A stretch of DNA of 64,000 bases from a virus: positions 60,115 to 124,114 of IMG/VR virus record IMGVR_UViG_3300016476_000174; one strand, 5' to 3'. The position numbers were made by a program, and so were the translations under genes. The first letter of the stretch is position 1; each line of letters opens with the position of its first letter. Positions 39,465-47,896 of the stretch are shown piece after piece. A model generated the notes under the pieces. That model was not told where the DNA came from and did no database searches. It saw only the letters and a list, made by a program, of their open reading frames with translations.

Positions 39465-39622
39465 CTGTAGAGGATGGACTCGAACCACCAAGTGGACTTT
39501 AGGGGTTACTAGACATGATAGGTGGTCAACCCCAGAGGCTTATACGCTTCTTATCTAGACTTTATCAGTTGCTCCACATCCCCGAGACAGGAGGACACGT
39601 TTGCCAATTTCGTCACTCTACA
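39465..39622 (-). tRNA. tRNA-Asp(GTC)-like RNA with 89-nt variable arm
   Basis: TGTAGAG/CTCTACA acceptor plus G73; D arm ACG-AAATTGGCAAA-CGT; TCCTC-CTGTCTC-GGGGA anticodon arm; GGTGG-TTCGAGT-CCATC T arm. Confidence 0.7.
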
Positions 39623-39627
39623 GTTTT

Positions 39628-40278
39628 CTACTTATTATACTCGTACTCTAATATCTTACCAACAATATCACTACGATGATTTTCTTTAAGTTTAATCCAT
39701 TTAATCTCACTAATCTTTTTAGATAGTTCAATAGCATAAGTTAAACCTGTTACACTATGTTTAGTATCTTGTTGCTCATTATCACCATTAATTATAATCT
39801 TACCTGTTTTACCAAGACGTGTTAGAATAGCAAGCATCTCAGCTTTAGTTAAGTTCTGTGCTTCTTCTACAACAAGAATGTCATCAATAGTTTTACCACG
39901 GATAAACTGCACAGGATAGGCTATGATCTTTTCATCTTTTACCATAGACTGAATCTTCACTTTGTCCGCACACTTTACTAGATTCTCTTGAAAAGCTTCT
40001 AAATAAGGGTTAAACTTCTCATCTAAACTACCTGGAAGAAAACCTAAAGAGTTACCCACTTCTATAGTAGCACGTGTTACAAAAATATGGTCACACTGCT
40101 TTTTGTTTAGGAAATCTAGTGCACTTAATGCACATACTAAACTTTTACCACTACCAGCTCTACCTGTTACAATAACAATCTGGTTATTAATAATTAACTC
40201 CCTTGCTTCCTTTTGTTCAGCATTAAGATTAACATGATACTTAATCTCTTGTTTACGTTCTCTGTTTGGTTCTTTCAT
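39628..40278 (-). CDS. phoH: PhoH-family ATPase
   Basis: GRAGSGKS, LGFLPG, FIRGKT, EEAQN, LTRLG, GDNEQQD, HRS. Confidence 0.92.
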   Translation of the reverse strand: MKEPNRERKQEIKYHVNLNAEQKEARELIINNQIVIVTGRAGSGKSLVCALSALDFLNKKQCDHIFVTRATIEVGNSLGFLPGSLDEKFNPYLEAFQENLVKCADKVKIQSMVKDEKIIAYPVQFIRGKTIDDILVVEEAQNLTKAEMLAILTRLGKTGKIIINGDNEQQDTKHSVTGLTYAIELSKKISEIKWIKLKENHRSDIVGKILEYEYNK

Positions 40279-40285
40279 AATTTTT

Positions 40286-40798
40286 TTATTGGTCATATGC
40301 TAAGTTTTGTCCTCCTCTCACCTGAGACTGCTGCTCATCTTGTAAATCTCTATACGTAGCTTTAAAAGATTGTCTAATCTGATCAAACTTTGCAGCAGCA
40401 TTTATAAGAGCAGTGATGTTTCCATCTCTACCATGTTCAATCTCTGTTGTCTCCATGTATTTACCAAGACGTTCCACCATGCTTTTCATGCCCATATAGG
40501 CACGATAAGTTGGCGTTTGATATAACTTCTCACAAAACTTAATTGCGTCCACTATAGCGTCATCATCAGTGGAAAATTCAGCATCTATCTCTGCAAGTAT
40601 TAACTCTTCTTTATCAGATTCTGGTACATCAAAGAATGGATTTAAATCTGGGTTAGGACATGTCATGTAAAAAACATAAGCATACACTTTCATGTAGTCT
40701 AAAGGATATTCTACAATAATATCACTTAATGTTTTTAATGTATAACAATGTTCACTAGGAACTACTTGTCCATTTTGTATATCAAATAGTCTTACCAT
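40286..40798 (-). CDS. Conserved hypothetical protein upstream of terminase
   Basis: Helical protein ending VRGG; may be packaging-related (unverified). Confidence 0.45.
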   Translation of the reverse strand: MVRLFDIQNGQVVPSEHCYTLKTLSDIIVEYPLDYMKVYAYVFYMTCPNPDLNPFFDVPESDKEELILAEIDAEFSTDDDAIVDAIKFCEKLYQTPTYRAYMGMKSMVERLGKYMETTEIEHGRDGNITALINAAAKFDQIRQSFKATYRDLQDEQQSQVRGGQNLAYDQ

Positions 40799-41316
40799 TA
40801 ATTCCAGTGTTTATTTTCTCTTTCAAAATAGAATGTAAGATCTTGTTTAGTATCATCATAATATTCTCCTACCACATCACTCTTAAATCTACTATTTATA
40901 TTCTCATACAAGGTAGTGGTAATTATCTTACCAACCAGTTTCTTTTTAAATAAATTAGTTAACCATGTATATGTACCTCCACGAATTACGCCTGCTTCTA
41001 CTAAAACATAGTTAGTGTAGAACTTATCAGTGAATTGAAAGTGAAAATGTAAATCCATGGTAGCTTTATCAACATATTTGTTTATAGTCTCATCTGGATA
41101 AGATACATGTATAGGTAATATATCACACATCTCACCATCTTTACTTAGATTGTGAGCTACATGCATAGCAACTGTTGCAGAATAGTCAGGGCTCACCATA
41201 ACTACCAATGTATTCTCTGGAGATAAGTCTGGATACTTTTCCATTATCTCTTTAGATAATTTAGCAATAAGTTTCCTTTCTTTTAAGGGACTAACTAATA
41301 ACGTTTTTCTGGCCAT
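40798..41316 (-). CDS. Type I phosphoribosyltransferase-like protein
   Basis: VLVEAGVIRGGTY resembles the PRPP-binding loop; ends SDVVG...FYFE. Confidence 0.6.
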   Translation of the reverse strand: MARKTLLVSPLKERKLIAKLSKEIMEKYPDLSPENTLVVMVSPDYSATVAMHVAHNLSKDGEMCDILPIHVSYPDETINKYVDKATMDLHFHFQFTDKFYTNYVLVEAGVIRGGTYTWLTNLFKKKLVGKIITTTLYENINSRFKSDVVGEYYDDTKQDLTFYFERENKHWN

Positions 41317-41473
41317 GCTTTTTCATTTTACGTCTGTTCTTCTTTTTAGTTTTTGGACCATTTAAAAGATTTAATAACTGCATCATTCTTTCTTCCTGCC
41401 TCTTATTAAACTCATCTATGACTTTTTGAAACTCAGAACTTATAACTAATCTTCGGTCTCTTAATTTTAACAT
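41291..41473 (-). CDS. Hypothetical basic protein
   Basis: Translationally coupled small ORF. Confidence 0.4.
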   Translation of the reverse strand: MLKLRDRRLVISSEFQKVIDEFNKRQEERMMQLLNLLNGPKTKKKNRRKMKKHGQKNVIS

Positions 41474-42312
41474 TAGTGTTTAGCTTTTAATTTATCTCTA
41501 TTGTCTTCTAACCAGTGCAATATACTAATAACTTCTTTCTTTAAATAGGGAAGATCATATTGAATAATATCTTTTACTATAGGATCACCATTTGTATCAA
41601 GAGCGGTGATTGGATTACCAAACTTATCTTTATCCACTTCTTCAAACTGAATATGATGAATTGTAAGAGTGCCGGGTTTAAGTTTTGGATTGTGTTTTAA
41701 GATGATATACATATACAAACTTAATTGTAATGCATAGTGGTTAACATTACAATCATCCAAATGAGCTAAAGGAAAGTTCATCTTAGTAGTAATACCTTCC
41801 CAGTTAGTAAATCCTTCTGTCTTAATTTCTTTGTTAGTCTTGTAATCTGTAATATGTACTTCTCCATTAATTACTTCTACTAGATCTGACTGACCACATA
41901 GTCCTGCAGATTTTAAGTAAACCATGTGTTCAGGATATACGCCATCTGTGAGCTTTTGATTAGGAGAAAATTTAGTACCGTCAATCTCAATCGGTTTAAA
42001 AATAGGCACAGTGTTACCATGTCTTTCCATTGTTTCTAATGCACATATATCTGATTCTCTGCAGTTGTGATACCATGTTCCTAATGTAGTGGCTCTAAGA
42101 GATTCATTAGCCCATGCTTGTTTGATTTCTTCTGGTGTCATACCATACCATTTTGACTTTTTAGACTTAGATGTCTTTTCAGCAATCTTGTCTGCGTCAA
42201 ATGGTTGTTTAAAATTACTAATAAAAGATGTAACTGATATCCATTTAGTAGTGTCTTCCGGACTAATGCTTGTGTAACTGTGATCGTGTGGTGTGAATCT
42301 CAAAATGCTCAT
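41473..42312 (-). CDS. PD-(D/E)xK exonuclease
   Basis: SVTSFI, GTWYH, PEH, GQSDLV, ITDYKT, YALQLSLY. Confidence 0.85.
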   Translation of the reverse strand: MSILRFTPHDHSYTSISPEDTTKWISVTSFISNFKQPFDADKIAEKTSKSKKSKWYGMTPEEIKQAWANESLRATTLGTWYHNCRESDICALETMERHGNTVPIFKPIEIDGTKFSPNQKLTDGVYPEHMVYLKSAGLCGQSDLVEVINGEVHITDYKTNKEIKTEGFTNWEGITTKMNFPLAHLDDCNVNHYALQLSLYMYIILKHNPKLKPGTLTIHHIQFEEVDKDKFGNPITALDTNGDPIVKDIIQYDLPYLKKEVISILHWLEDNRDKLKAKH

Positions 42313-42323
42313 ATGTTTTATGT

Positions 42324-42656
42324 TTATATTCCTAATTTCTGATTAATCATGTCCTCCTCTTCCTGACTCACTTCAGCTTGCCAATGTCCCTTTGGACATT
42401 CTGAAGATAGGGATCTAGTTTTAAACCCTAATGAACAACCGCATCCTCCAATTAGTTGGTTACAACATGGACCTGTACCTGCTACCATACATCCTTCATC
42501 TTCTTCTGTATAAGTGTCACATGCTTGGCACACACTCATTCTATGTTTAGCAATCTCCTCTACATCCTCTCTCTTAAATATAGAATTAGTCACTCCCTCC
42601 AGTATCTGACCCTTGGCTTTCCATATCTTGATTATGTTCTCTTTTAGACTCATCAC
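42324..42656 (-). CDS. Cys-rich hypothetical protein (DUF6171-like)
   Basis: RMSVCQAC...CGC...KTR...CPKGHW. Confidence 0.55.
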   Translation of the reverse strand: MMSLKENIIKIWKAKGQILEGVTNSIFKREDVEEIAKHRMSVCQACDTYTEEDEGCMVAGTGPCCNQLIGGCGCSLGFKTRSLSSECPKGHWQAEVSQEEEDMINQKLGI

Positions 42657-43017
42657 TTTTAGTTTTATGCAACTTAATAAAATCTTTTCTTTGTTTCTCT
42701 TCTTCCATCAGCACCTTAATTGCTTTTAGATCAAAGAGAGCTTCATCAGTTCTAAATCTAGTGACAATCTCTTGTAAGCCTCTTTGTCTGAAATTCTCTT
42801 TAAACTTCTCAAGACCTTCTATCTTATCATCTAGTTTCCAATGCTTAATAGTAAAATCTCCTAAGTTTGTAACATGTACACGAGCATGTTTTAAACTAGA
42901 CAGACTCTTTCTTATTTCCTGCCAATAGAATGATGTTACATCCAACACCATTTGCTGAGAAATACTAAGTTCCTCTGCTACTATAGGAATAAGTTCTTTA
43001 GACTTTCTAGGCTTCAA
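42586..43017 (-). CDS. HU/IHF-like DNA-binding protein
   Basis: KELIPIVAEELSIS...VHVTNLGDF. Confidence 0.7.
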   Translation of the reverse strand: MKPRKSKELIPIVAEELSISQQMVLDVTSFYWQEIRKSLSSLKHARVHVTNLGDFTIKHWKLDDKIEGLEKFKENFRQRGLQEIVTRFRTDEALFDLKAIKVLMEEEKQRKDFIKLHKTKSDESKREHNQDMESQGSDTGGSD

Positions 43018-43369
43018 CGCTTAAAAATTTATAGTCTAACAAAATATTACCATGTGCATGCAACTTAAGATCAGGATTGATGAATATCTTTTTCTTATTC
43101 TTTCCTTCCTTCTTAATAAGTCCTTTCTTCTCTGCCTTGGTTAAGCAGTTACGTACAGACTGTGTACTAGAGAATATTTTTTTATCATATGCTTTATTAC
43201 AGAAATGTGTAAGTTCCTGTTCTCCTTCTATAGCTAAGAGTGTCAGGCAATTTAAGTCTGCCTCACTCACAGGTATGTCAAAGAGATAGCAGTGTGTGAG
43301 TATCTGATATTTGACAATTTGCCAAGTGGTCATTCTCACTCTTTTATCCACCTGATTAACTAGTGCCAT
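43007..43369 (-). CDS. Winged-helix-like DNA-binding protein
   Basis: STQSVRNCLTKAEKKGLIKKEG...INP. Confidence 0.55.
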   Translation of the reverse strand: MALVNQVDKRVRMTTWQIVKYQILTHCYLFDIPVSEADLNCLTLLAIEGEQELTHFCNKAYDKKIFSSTQSVRNCLTKAEKKGLIKKEGKNKKKIFINPDLKLHAHGNILLDYKFLSVEA

Positions 43370-43806
43370 TATAATGTTATTTTAAAACTCATGTAATCTT
43401 CTTTTGTCTTGTTCCAATCCTTATGTAAAAGAATGGATTCTGCTCCTAGGTTTTCAAATATATGCCAGCTTGCCCCCATACGAGCCTCTCCTGTAATATA
43501 TTCATAACCCATTTCCTGTGCCCAATCCATAAGGGAGTGGATCATTTCATATCCTAATCCTTTCCCCCTATGGCTTGGTAATACAGTAAAACTATCTATA
43601 TGTACTACATTGCTACTTTGCCACGATAGAACAATCTCTCCAAATAATACTGACTTCTCGTAGAACCACATGCCTTGACATGTCTCATGCTCCACGAGCA
43701 TATATAACTTGTACTTATTATCCCATCTTAACTCTTTAGGATGTTCACGTTCAAACTGATATGACTGTGAATAGTCCCTTAGCTTATAGACTACAGATAT
43801 ACCCAT
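43369..43806 (-). CDS. GNAT acetyltransferase
   Basis: VLPSHRGKGLG acetyl-CoA motif; FENLG. Confidence 0.85.
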   Translation of the reverse strand: MGISVVYKLRDYSQSYQFEREHPKELRWDNKYKLYMLVEHETCQGMWFYEKSVLFGEIVLSWQSSNVVHIDSFTVLPSHRGKGLGYEMIHSLMDWAQEMGYEYITGEARMGASWHIFENLGAESILLHKDWNKTKEDYMSFKITL

Positions 43807-43812
43807 ACATTA

Positions 43813-44175
43813 CTAATTATCTTTTTTTAATGATCTTTGCTTTTCTACAGGAGGCATTGTAGGAATGATCACTTCATCCCCCACCTTAATACCTTCTTCA
43901 GCAAGCTCTGGATTGTTATCCATATCTTCCTGTGTAATAGTGTGAGGCGTGCCTTCTGGCTTACCACTACTATTTCCTTGCTGTGTAATTTGGGCAATGA
44001 AAGCTAAAGCCTTAAGCTCTTCTGCTCTAGACGTAGCTAATCCTGTGTTTAACTGTTGAAGCTCAAGCTGTACTTTCTTCACTTCAATCTGCTCATTAAT
44101 AAAAGCAATAATCTCCTCTTTTGTAGGAACCTTTGCTTCTTCAGCATTTACGTTTTGTTCTAATTGTTCTGACAT
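43813..44175 (-). CDS. Hypothetical protein
   Basis: Coiled coil plus HTITQEDMDNNPELAEEGIKVG. Confidence 0.6.
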   Translation of the reverse strand: MSEQLEQNVNAEEAKVPTKEEIIAFINEQIEVKKVQLELQQLNTGLATSRAEELKALAFIAQITQQGNSSGKPEGTPHTITQEDMDNNPELAEEGIKVGDEVIIPTMPPVEKQRSLKKDN

Positions 44176-44194
44176 GTTGGTTTATTTTAAATTG

Positions 44195-44503
44195 TTAAAA
44201 CTCTAAATCCGGGCTAGAGCTAGAATCTTTCTGATCATTAGCCTTATTGCCCTCATAATGATCTAAAAATACTGGGAGAAACTCCTCATAGGGAGTGTCA
44301 ATAATATACGTATCCCCATGCTCAGTGAAAACTGTCGTGCATTTGTAAACTAAAGAATCTTCTTCTAGGGATGTAAGCTTAATAGCCACCACTACATCTA
44401 AATGGAACGCAAAGGACATCCATTGTCCCCTGTCTTCTAGTCCCATTAGCTCTGCCTTCTCAATATCTAAGGTGTGGCAGTGGATGTTACAGACATGTAT
44501 CAT
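44195..44503 (-). CDS. Hypothetical protein (first gene of late block)
   Basis: ORF with AAACCAAACAAAA leader. Confidence 0.6.
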   Translation of the reverse strand: MIHVCNIHCHTLDIEKAELMGLEDRGQWMSFAFHLDVVVAIKLTSLEEDSLVYKCTTVFTEHGDTYIIDTPYEEFLPVFLDHYEGNKANDQKDSSSSPDLEF

Positions 44504-44513
44504 TTTTGTTTGG

Positions 44514-44531
44514 TTTATATTATAATATACT
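44514..44531 (-). promoter_or_regulatory. Putative phage late promoter (GTATATTA motif)
   Basis: AGTATATTATAATATAAA at head of leftward block. Confidence 0.4.
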
Positions 44532-44591
44532 TAATAAGTTTAAACTTAACAAATTTAATAATACATTCCAAACTTACTATAATAATTTTTC

Positions 44592-44607
44592 AACATTTGT
44601 GGATAAC
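44592..44607 (-). repeat. 16-bp DnaA-box element, copy 2
   Basis: AACATTTGTGGATAAC is the reverse complement of 4962..4977. Confidence 0.6.
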
Positions 44608-44728
44608 CCCCCTTCTTTATATATACATAACTACCCCCCCCTTAATATGGTCCATGTTAGAGAATGTGAGGACCTGCCTACTGAAAAGGTTTATAGTAGA
44701 GGATGTGAGTACCCGCCCAACCAAGCTA

Positions 44729-44760
44729 CCCCACCATAAGTTTGGCGGGGGAATACCCCC
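44729..44760 (+). promoter_or_regulatory. Overlapping GC hairpins with TAAGTTTG box upstream of first rightward gene
   Basis: CCCCACCA-TAAGTT-TGGCGGGG and alternative GGGGG-AATA-CCCCC. Confidence 0.4.
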
Positions 44761-44786
44761 TCGTTTAACAAGTTAAACTTAAACTT

Positions 44787-45074
44787 ATGGCAGCAACATC
44801 ATTGCACTTGCTTATGAAACAAGCACTCGGTCAACTAGACACGTTGACCTTCAACATTTCAGCTGTAGAAGCTAAAGCTTCTAAGACTGGAAATGTAGGC
44901 TTCAAAGTGACAACCGACCAAGGTCGTACTGTCACCTTCTGGTCCAGTAACATGGACGCAGTCGTTGAAGCCACAGATGACGCTGGAAACTTCCAGGTCA
45001 TCCCCGGCACCCGCCTTGCGGATGACGGTGGCTTGATCCCAAAGGATGCAAGCCAAGGTGGATTCTGGTCATAA
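44787..45074 (+). CDS. Hypothetical early protein (GC-rich, beta-rich)
   Basis: Isolated ORF with own terminator; C-ending codons. Confidence 0.7.
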   Translation: MAATSLHLLMKQALGQLDTLTFNISAVEAKASKTGNVGFKVTTDQGRTVTFWSSNMDAVVEATDDAGNFQVIPGTRLADDGGLIPKDASQGGFWS

Positions 45075-45085
45075 CCAGAACCACC

Positions 45086-45109
45086 AAAGGGGATATAATC
45101 CCCTTTTTT
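45086..45109 (+). terminator. Rho-independent terminator
   Basis: AAAGGGGAT-ATA-ATCCCCTTT-TTT. Confidence 0.8.
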
Positions 45110-45230
45110 CCGTTACCTCACGGAACAACTTAGTACTTTATACTGATGTTAACCTGATGTAGGTTTTACGTTAGGATGGAGTACTAAGTTTTAATACATC
45201 ACATCTATTCACCTCCACAACTTATTTCTC

Positions 45231-45383
45231 ATGATCAGATCTAAGACACTTATGTTTAATACCTGGAACTTATTTACGTACTGGTATTCTTACATGAAAC
45301 TAAGCTTTGAGAACTTAAAGCTTAGACTTGTTAGGTTAGCACCTGGATATACGTCCAAAGTGTTAGTAGTTATCACGTACTAA
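45231..45383 (+). CDS. 50-aa small ORF
   Basis: Not in ORF track. MIRSKTLMFNTWNLFTYWYSYMKLSFENLKLRLVRLAPGYTSKVLVVITY. Confidence 0.4.
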   Translation: MIRSKTLMFNTWNLFTYWYSYMKLSFENLKLRLVRLAPGYTSKVLVVITY

Positions 45384-45683
45384 ACCGTTTAATAAACGTT
45401 TACGTGTGATAGAGTGGGTGGTAGGACAACACCTGCCACTTCTTTCCATTTCATAACTAGCTCTAAACCACCCTTTTGGGCCGGATAAGATAGCTATAAT
45501 CTCATAAAACCCTTGAAGACTGATAAAGAGTCTTAGGTTATATACTATGATTGCTCATGGTATATATAGTCCAACATATCTTATGACTCTAAACTATAAG
45601 ATGGTAAACGGTTACTACCCTTACAGACGGTGCCGCAGTAAATAGTCTGTTCTTTTTTTCCATCCATTAAATACATACATATT

Positions 45684-45953
45684 ATGAAGTACTTCTTCTT
45701 AGCATTAGGCATGTCCATAATGTTCTTCACTCTTTACATCATGTTCCACCCAAGTGAGTTCCAAGACAAGGACTTTGTCTTAGCTCTCTTTTCTGGTATA
45801 GCTGTTACGTTCATAGGCTTTATTATAGAGACCCATCAGTCCAAGGCTGACACACGGTTCCAGCGTGACAGTAGAGCCAAGCAATTACGTTCTGCCTACA
45901 CTGTGTTCATATTATCCACAGCCATGTTCATAATAAGCTTAGTTTGTCTTTAA
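45684..45953 (+). CDS. Small membrane protein
   Basis: Three hydrophobic segments. Confidence 0.65.
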   Translation: MKYFFLALGMSIMFFTLYIMFHPSEFQDKDFVLALFSGIAVTFIGFIIETHQSKADTRFQRDSRAKQLRSAYTVFILSTAMFIISLVCL

Positions 45954-45969
45954 TCAAACTAGTTTTAGT

Positions 45970-46049
45970 GAGCTCATATTTGACCCCATTAACATAGATA
46001 CTATATAGTATACTAACTACTATGTTAAGGAGAGCTCAAATATGACCCC
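45970..46049. repeat. Iteron-like repeat pair flanking an AT-rich palindrome (origin candidate)
   Basis: GAGCTCATATTTGACCCC and GAGCTCAAATATGACCCC flank TTAACATAG-ATACTATATAGTAT...CTATGTTAA. Confidence 0.55.
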
Positions 46050-46262
46050 TCTTAAAGTTTAATTTTCCCCTAGATAGGAGTTTATCTGTTCTACTTCACT
46101 GAACAGAGGCTTTGTGGATTGAGGCTTAAAATCCATATTTTTTTAATTTAGCAATATATAATTCCTAGCAATATAACCGAATGTATGGATGGTTAGTAGA
46201 ACCCTGGCGATAGTATCAAAGGGGAACTAACTTCCTATTATTAAACTCTTAAATTCATTAAC

Positions 46263-46778
46263 GTGAAAACATTTAAACTAACTGCCTTTGGGCAGACAAG
46301 AGACGTAGTAATACAACTACACAAATATAGCAATGGTCGTCCAGCTATACAGCTTATTGATGCTGAAGATGGTGAACCATACGCTACAGCCACTGTTAAT
46401 ATTCCTGATGTCTTATTACTTGACAATGAAGTGCTTGTAAAAGACTATTCAGAGAACGAGGGCGTGCTTGACTTCTTATGCAAAAACAACATAGTGACGT
46501 CAACACCTAATGGTGTACAGTCAGGTTTTGTATGGGTACCAATAGCCGTACTTAATGATGAATCTGTATGGGGTGATGTACCTAATCCATATTCTCTTAG
46601 CGAAGAGCCTGAATATGATAGTGCTGGTTTTACATATGATGATAACACATTAGATCCGGCACCAGATGAAATCAATACTACTACAGGTAAATCTATGTGG
46701 ATCATCAAAGACTATCGTATATGGGCAAATAGTTATAAACAAGCCCTTAAACTTCTACCCTTAATAGAGCAAGCATGA
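46263..46778 (+). CDS. DUF4313-like protein
   Basis: YSNGRPAIQL...EPYATATVNI...KDYSENEG. Confidence 0.6.
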   Translation: MKTFKLTAFGQTRDVVIQLHKYSNGRPAIQLIDAEDGEPYATATVNIPDVLLLDNEVLVKDYSENEGVLDFLCKNNIVTSTPNGVQSGFVWVPIAVLNDESVWGDVPNPYSLSEEPEYDSAGFTYDDNTLDPAPDEINTTTGKSMWIIKDYRIWANSYKQALKLLPLIEQA

Positions 46779-47014
46779 TACCAATGTATAAACCAAGAGA
46801 AAACTCTTATCGTACTGCCTTTGGTTGGATAATATTAGCATGCACTGTCATGCTAATACTTGTCCACTTTATTAGAAACAGTCAACCCGTATTTGATTAC
46901 CCCGAAGAATTCAATACTCACACTATATCTAGTGATAGAGCTCATCCCACAGAAATGATGGTGGTGTATGACACACTAGATAACAAGTATATATTTGAAT
47001 TCATGGATAAATAA
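46775..47014 (+). CDS. Small membrane-anchored protein
   Basis: One TM segment; ATGA coupling. Confidence 0.55.
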   Translation: MIPMYKPRENSYRTAFGWIILACTVMLILVHFIRNSQPVFDYPEEFNTHTISSDRAHPTEMMVVYDTLDNKYIFEFMDK

Positions 47015-47020
47015 TTCTAT

Positions 47021-47239
47021 ATGAAAGCATTCATAAATAAACTATTAGGAGTTACAGGACCAATTGAGCGTCCTGTTCCTTCTTACAACTACAAGCCTTA
47101 TAAGATTACCCCAGAGTTTCAAGCATGGTGCAAAGAACTAAATGTTTCTTGCCTAGCTAGCAGACAATCTACTAATGTAGAAATACTAATGGGTAATACA
47201 GTTAAGATAGTAGATCTTCAATCAATCTGTCATATATAA
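47021..47239 (+). CDS. Hypothetical protein
   Basis: Packed ORF. Confidence 0.55.
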   Translation: MKAFINKLLGVTGPIERPVPSYNYKPYKITPEFQAWCKELNVSCLASRQSTNVEILMGNTVKIVDLQSICHI

Positions 47240-47248
47240 AAATAATAT

Positions 47249-47668
47249 ATGGGAAGAAAAAAACAATTAAGTAATAAGTGTTCTGGTTGTAATTGTAAAC
47301 TTACAGATACTAATAGAAAATCCAGTTCAAGCAATCGTTGTAAATCTTGTTATAATGCTTACATGCGTATATATAGAAAAGAGCATCAAGCAAAACATCA
47401 TGAAATCATGAAAAGATGGCGTGAAAAAAACAAAGATAAGGTTCGTGAGATGCTTTACAGATATCTTACTAAAAATTTTGGTAGTGTATCTGAATATGGT
47501 AAACAATATCATAAAAACAACATGCAAAATCTTAGTGATACATATCTAAAAATGCTTATTGCAAAAGATTTAGGTAAAGGTGCTAGAAACGATATACCTC
47601 AAGAACTTATTGATTTACAACGTAATAAAGTATTATTAATTCGTAAAATAAAACAGTCAAATGTCTAA
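47249..47668 (+). CDS. Zn-finger basic protein
   Basis: CSGC...CKSC; LSDTYLK...IPQELIDLQR. Confidence 0.6.
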   Translation: MGRKKQLSNKCSGCNCKLTDTNRKSSSSNRCKSCYNAYMRIYRKEHQAKHHEIMKRWREKNKDKVREMLYRYLTKNFGSVSEYGKQYHKNNMQNLSDTYLKMLIAKDLGKGARNDIPQELIDLQRNKVLLIRKIKQSNV

Positions 47669-47888
47669 AATTAAAACCACTAAAACTACTACTTTTAAAG
47701 TAGGAGACGTAAGAATGGCTTGTCAACAAATCGGTGATAAGTTAAAAGACCAGTATGAGCATACAAATGATGTAAAGCTAGCAGCTGGTGCAGTAAATGC
47801 GTATAGTAAAGCTATTAACGCAGCTAAAAGTCAATTAGTATACAAGAAACTGACAGGGTCACCTGCAGATATAGAGTTTTTTAATTAA
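47661..47888 (+). CDS. Hypothetical protein
   Basis: Coupled to upstream Zn-finger gene. Confidence 0.6.
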   Translation: MSKIKTTKTTTFKVGDVRMACQQIGDKLKDQYEHTNDVKLAAGAVNAYSKAINAAKSQLVYKKLTGSPADIEFFN

Positions 47889-47896
47889 TCTACAAT

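Noticed and set aside
337-44776. Short plus-strand and nested ORFs in the structural block (e.g. 8138, 11878, 30101, 31622, 44474, 44506)
   Set aside because: Shadow frames of strongly biased real genes or of regulatory DNA; no protein-like motifs
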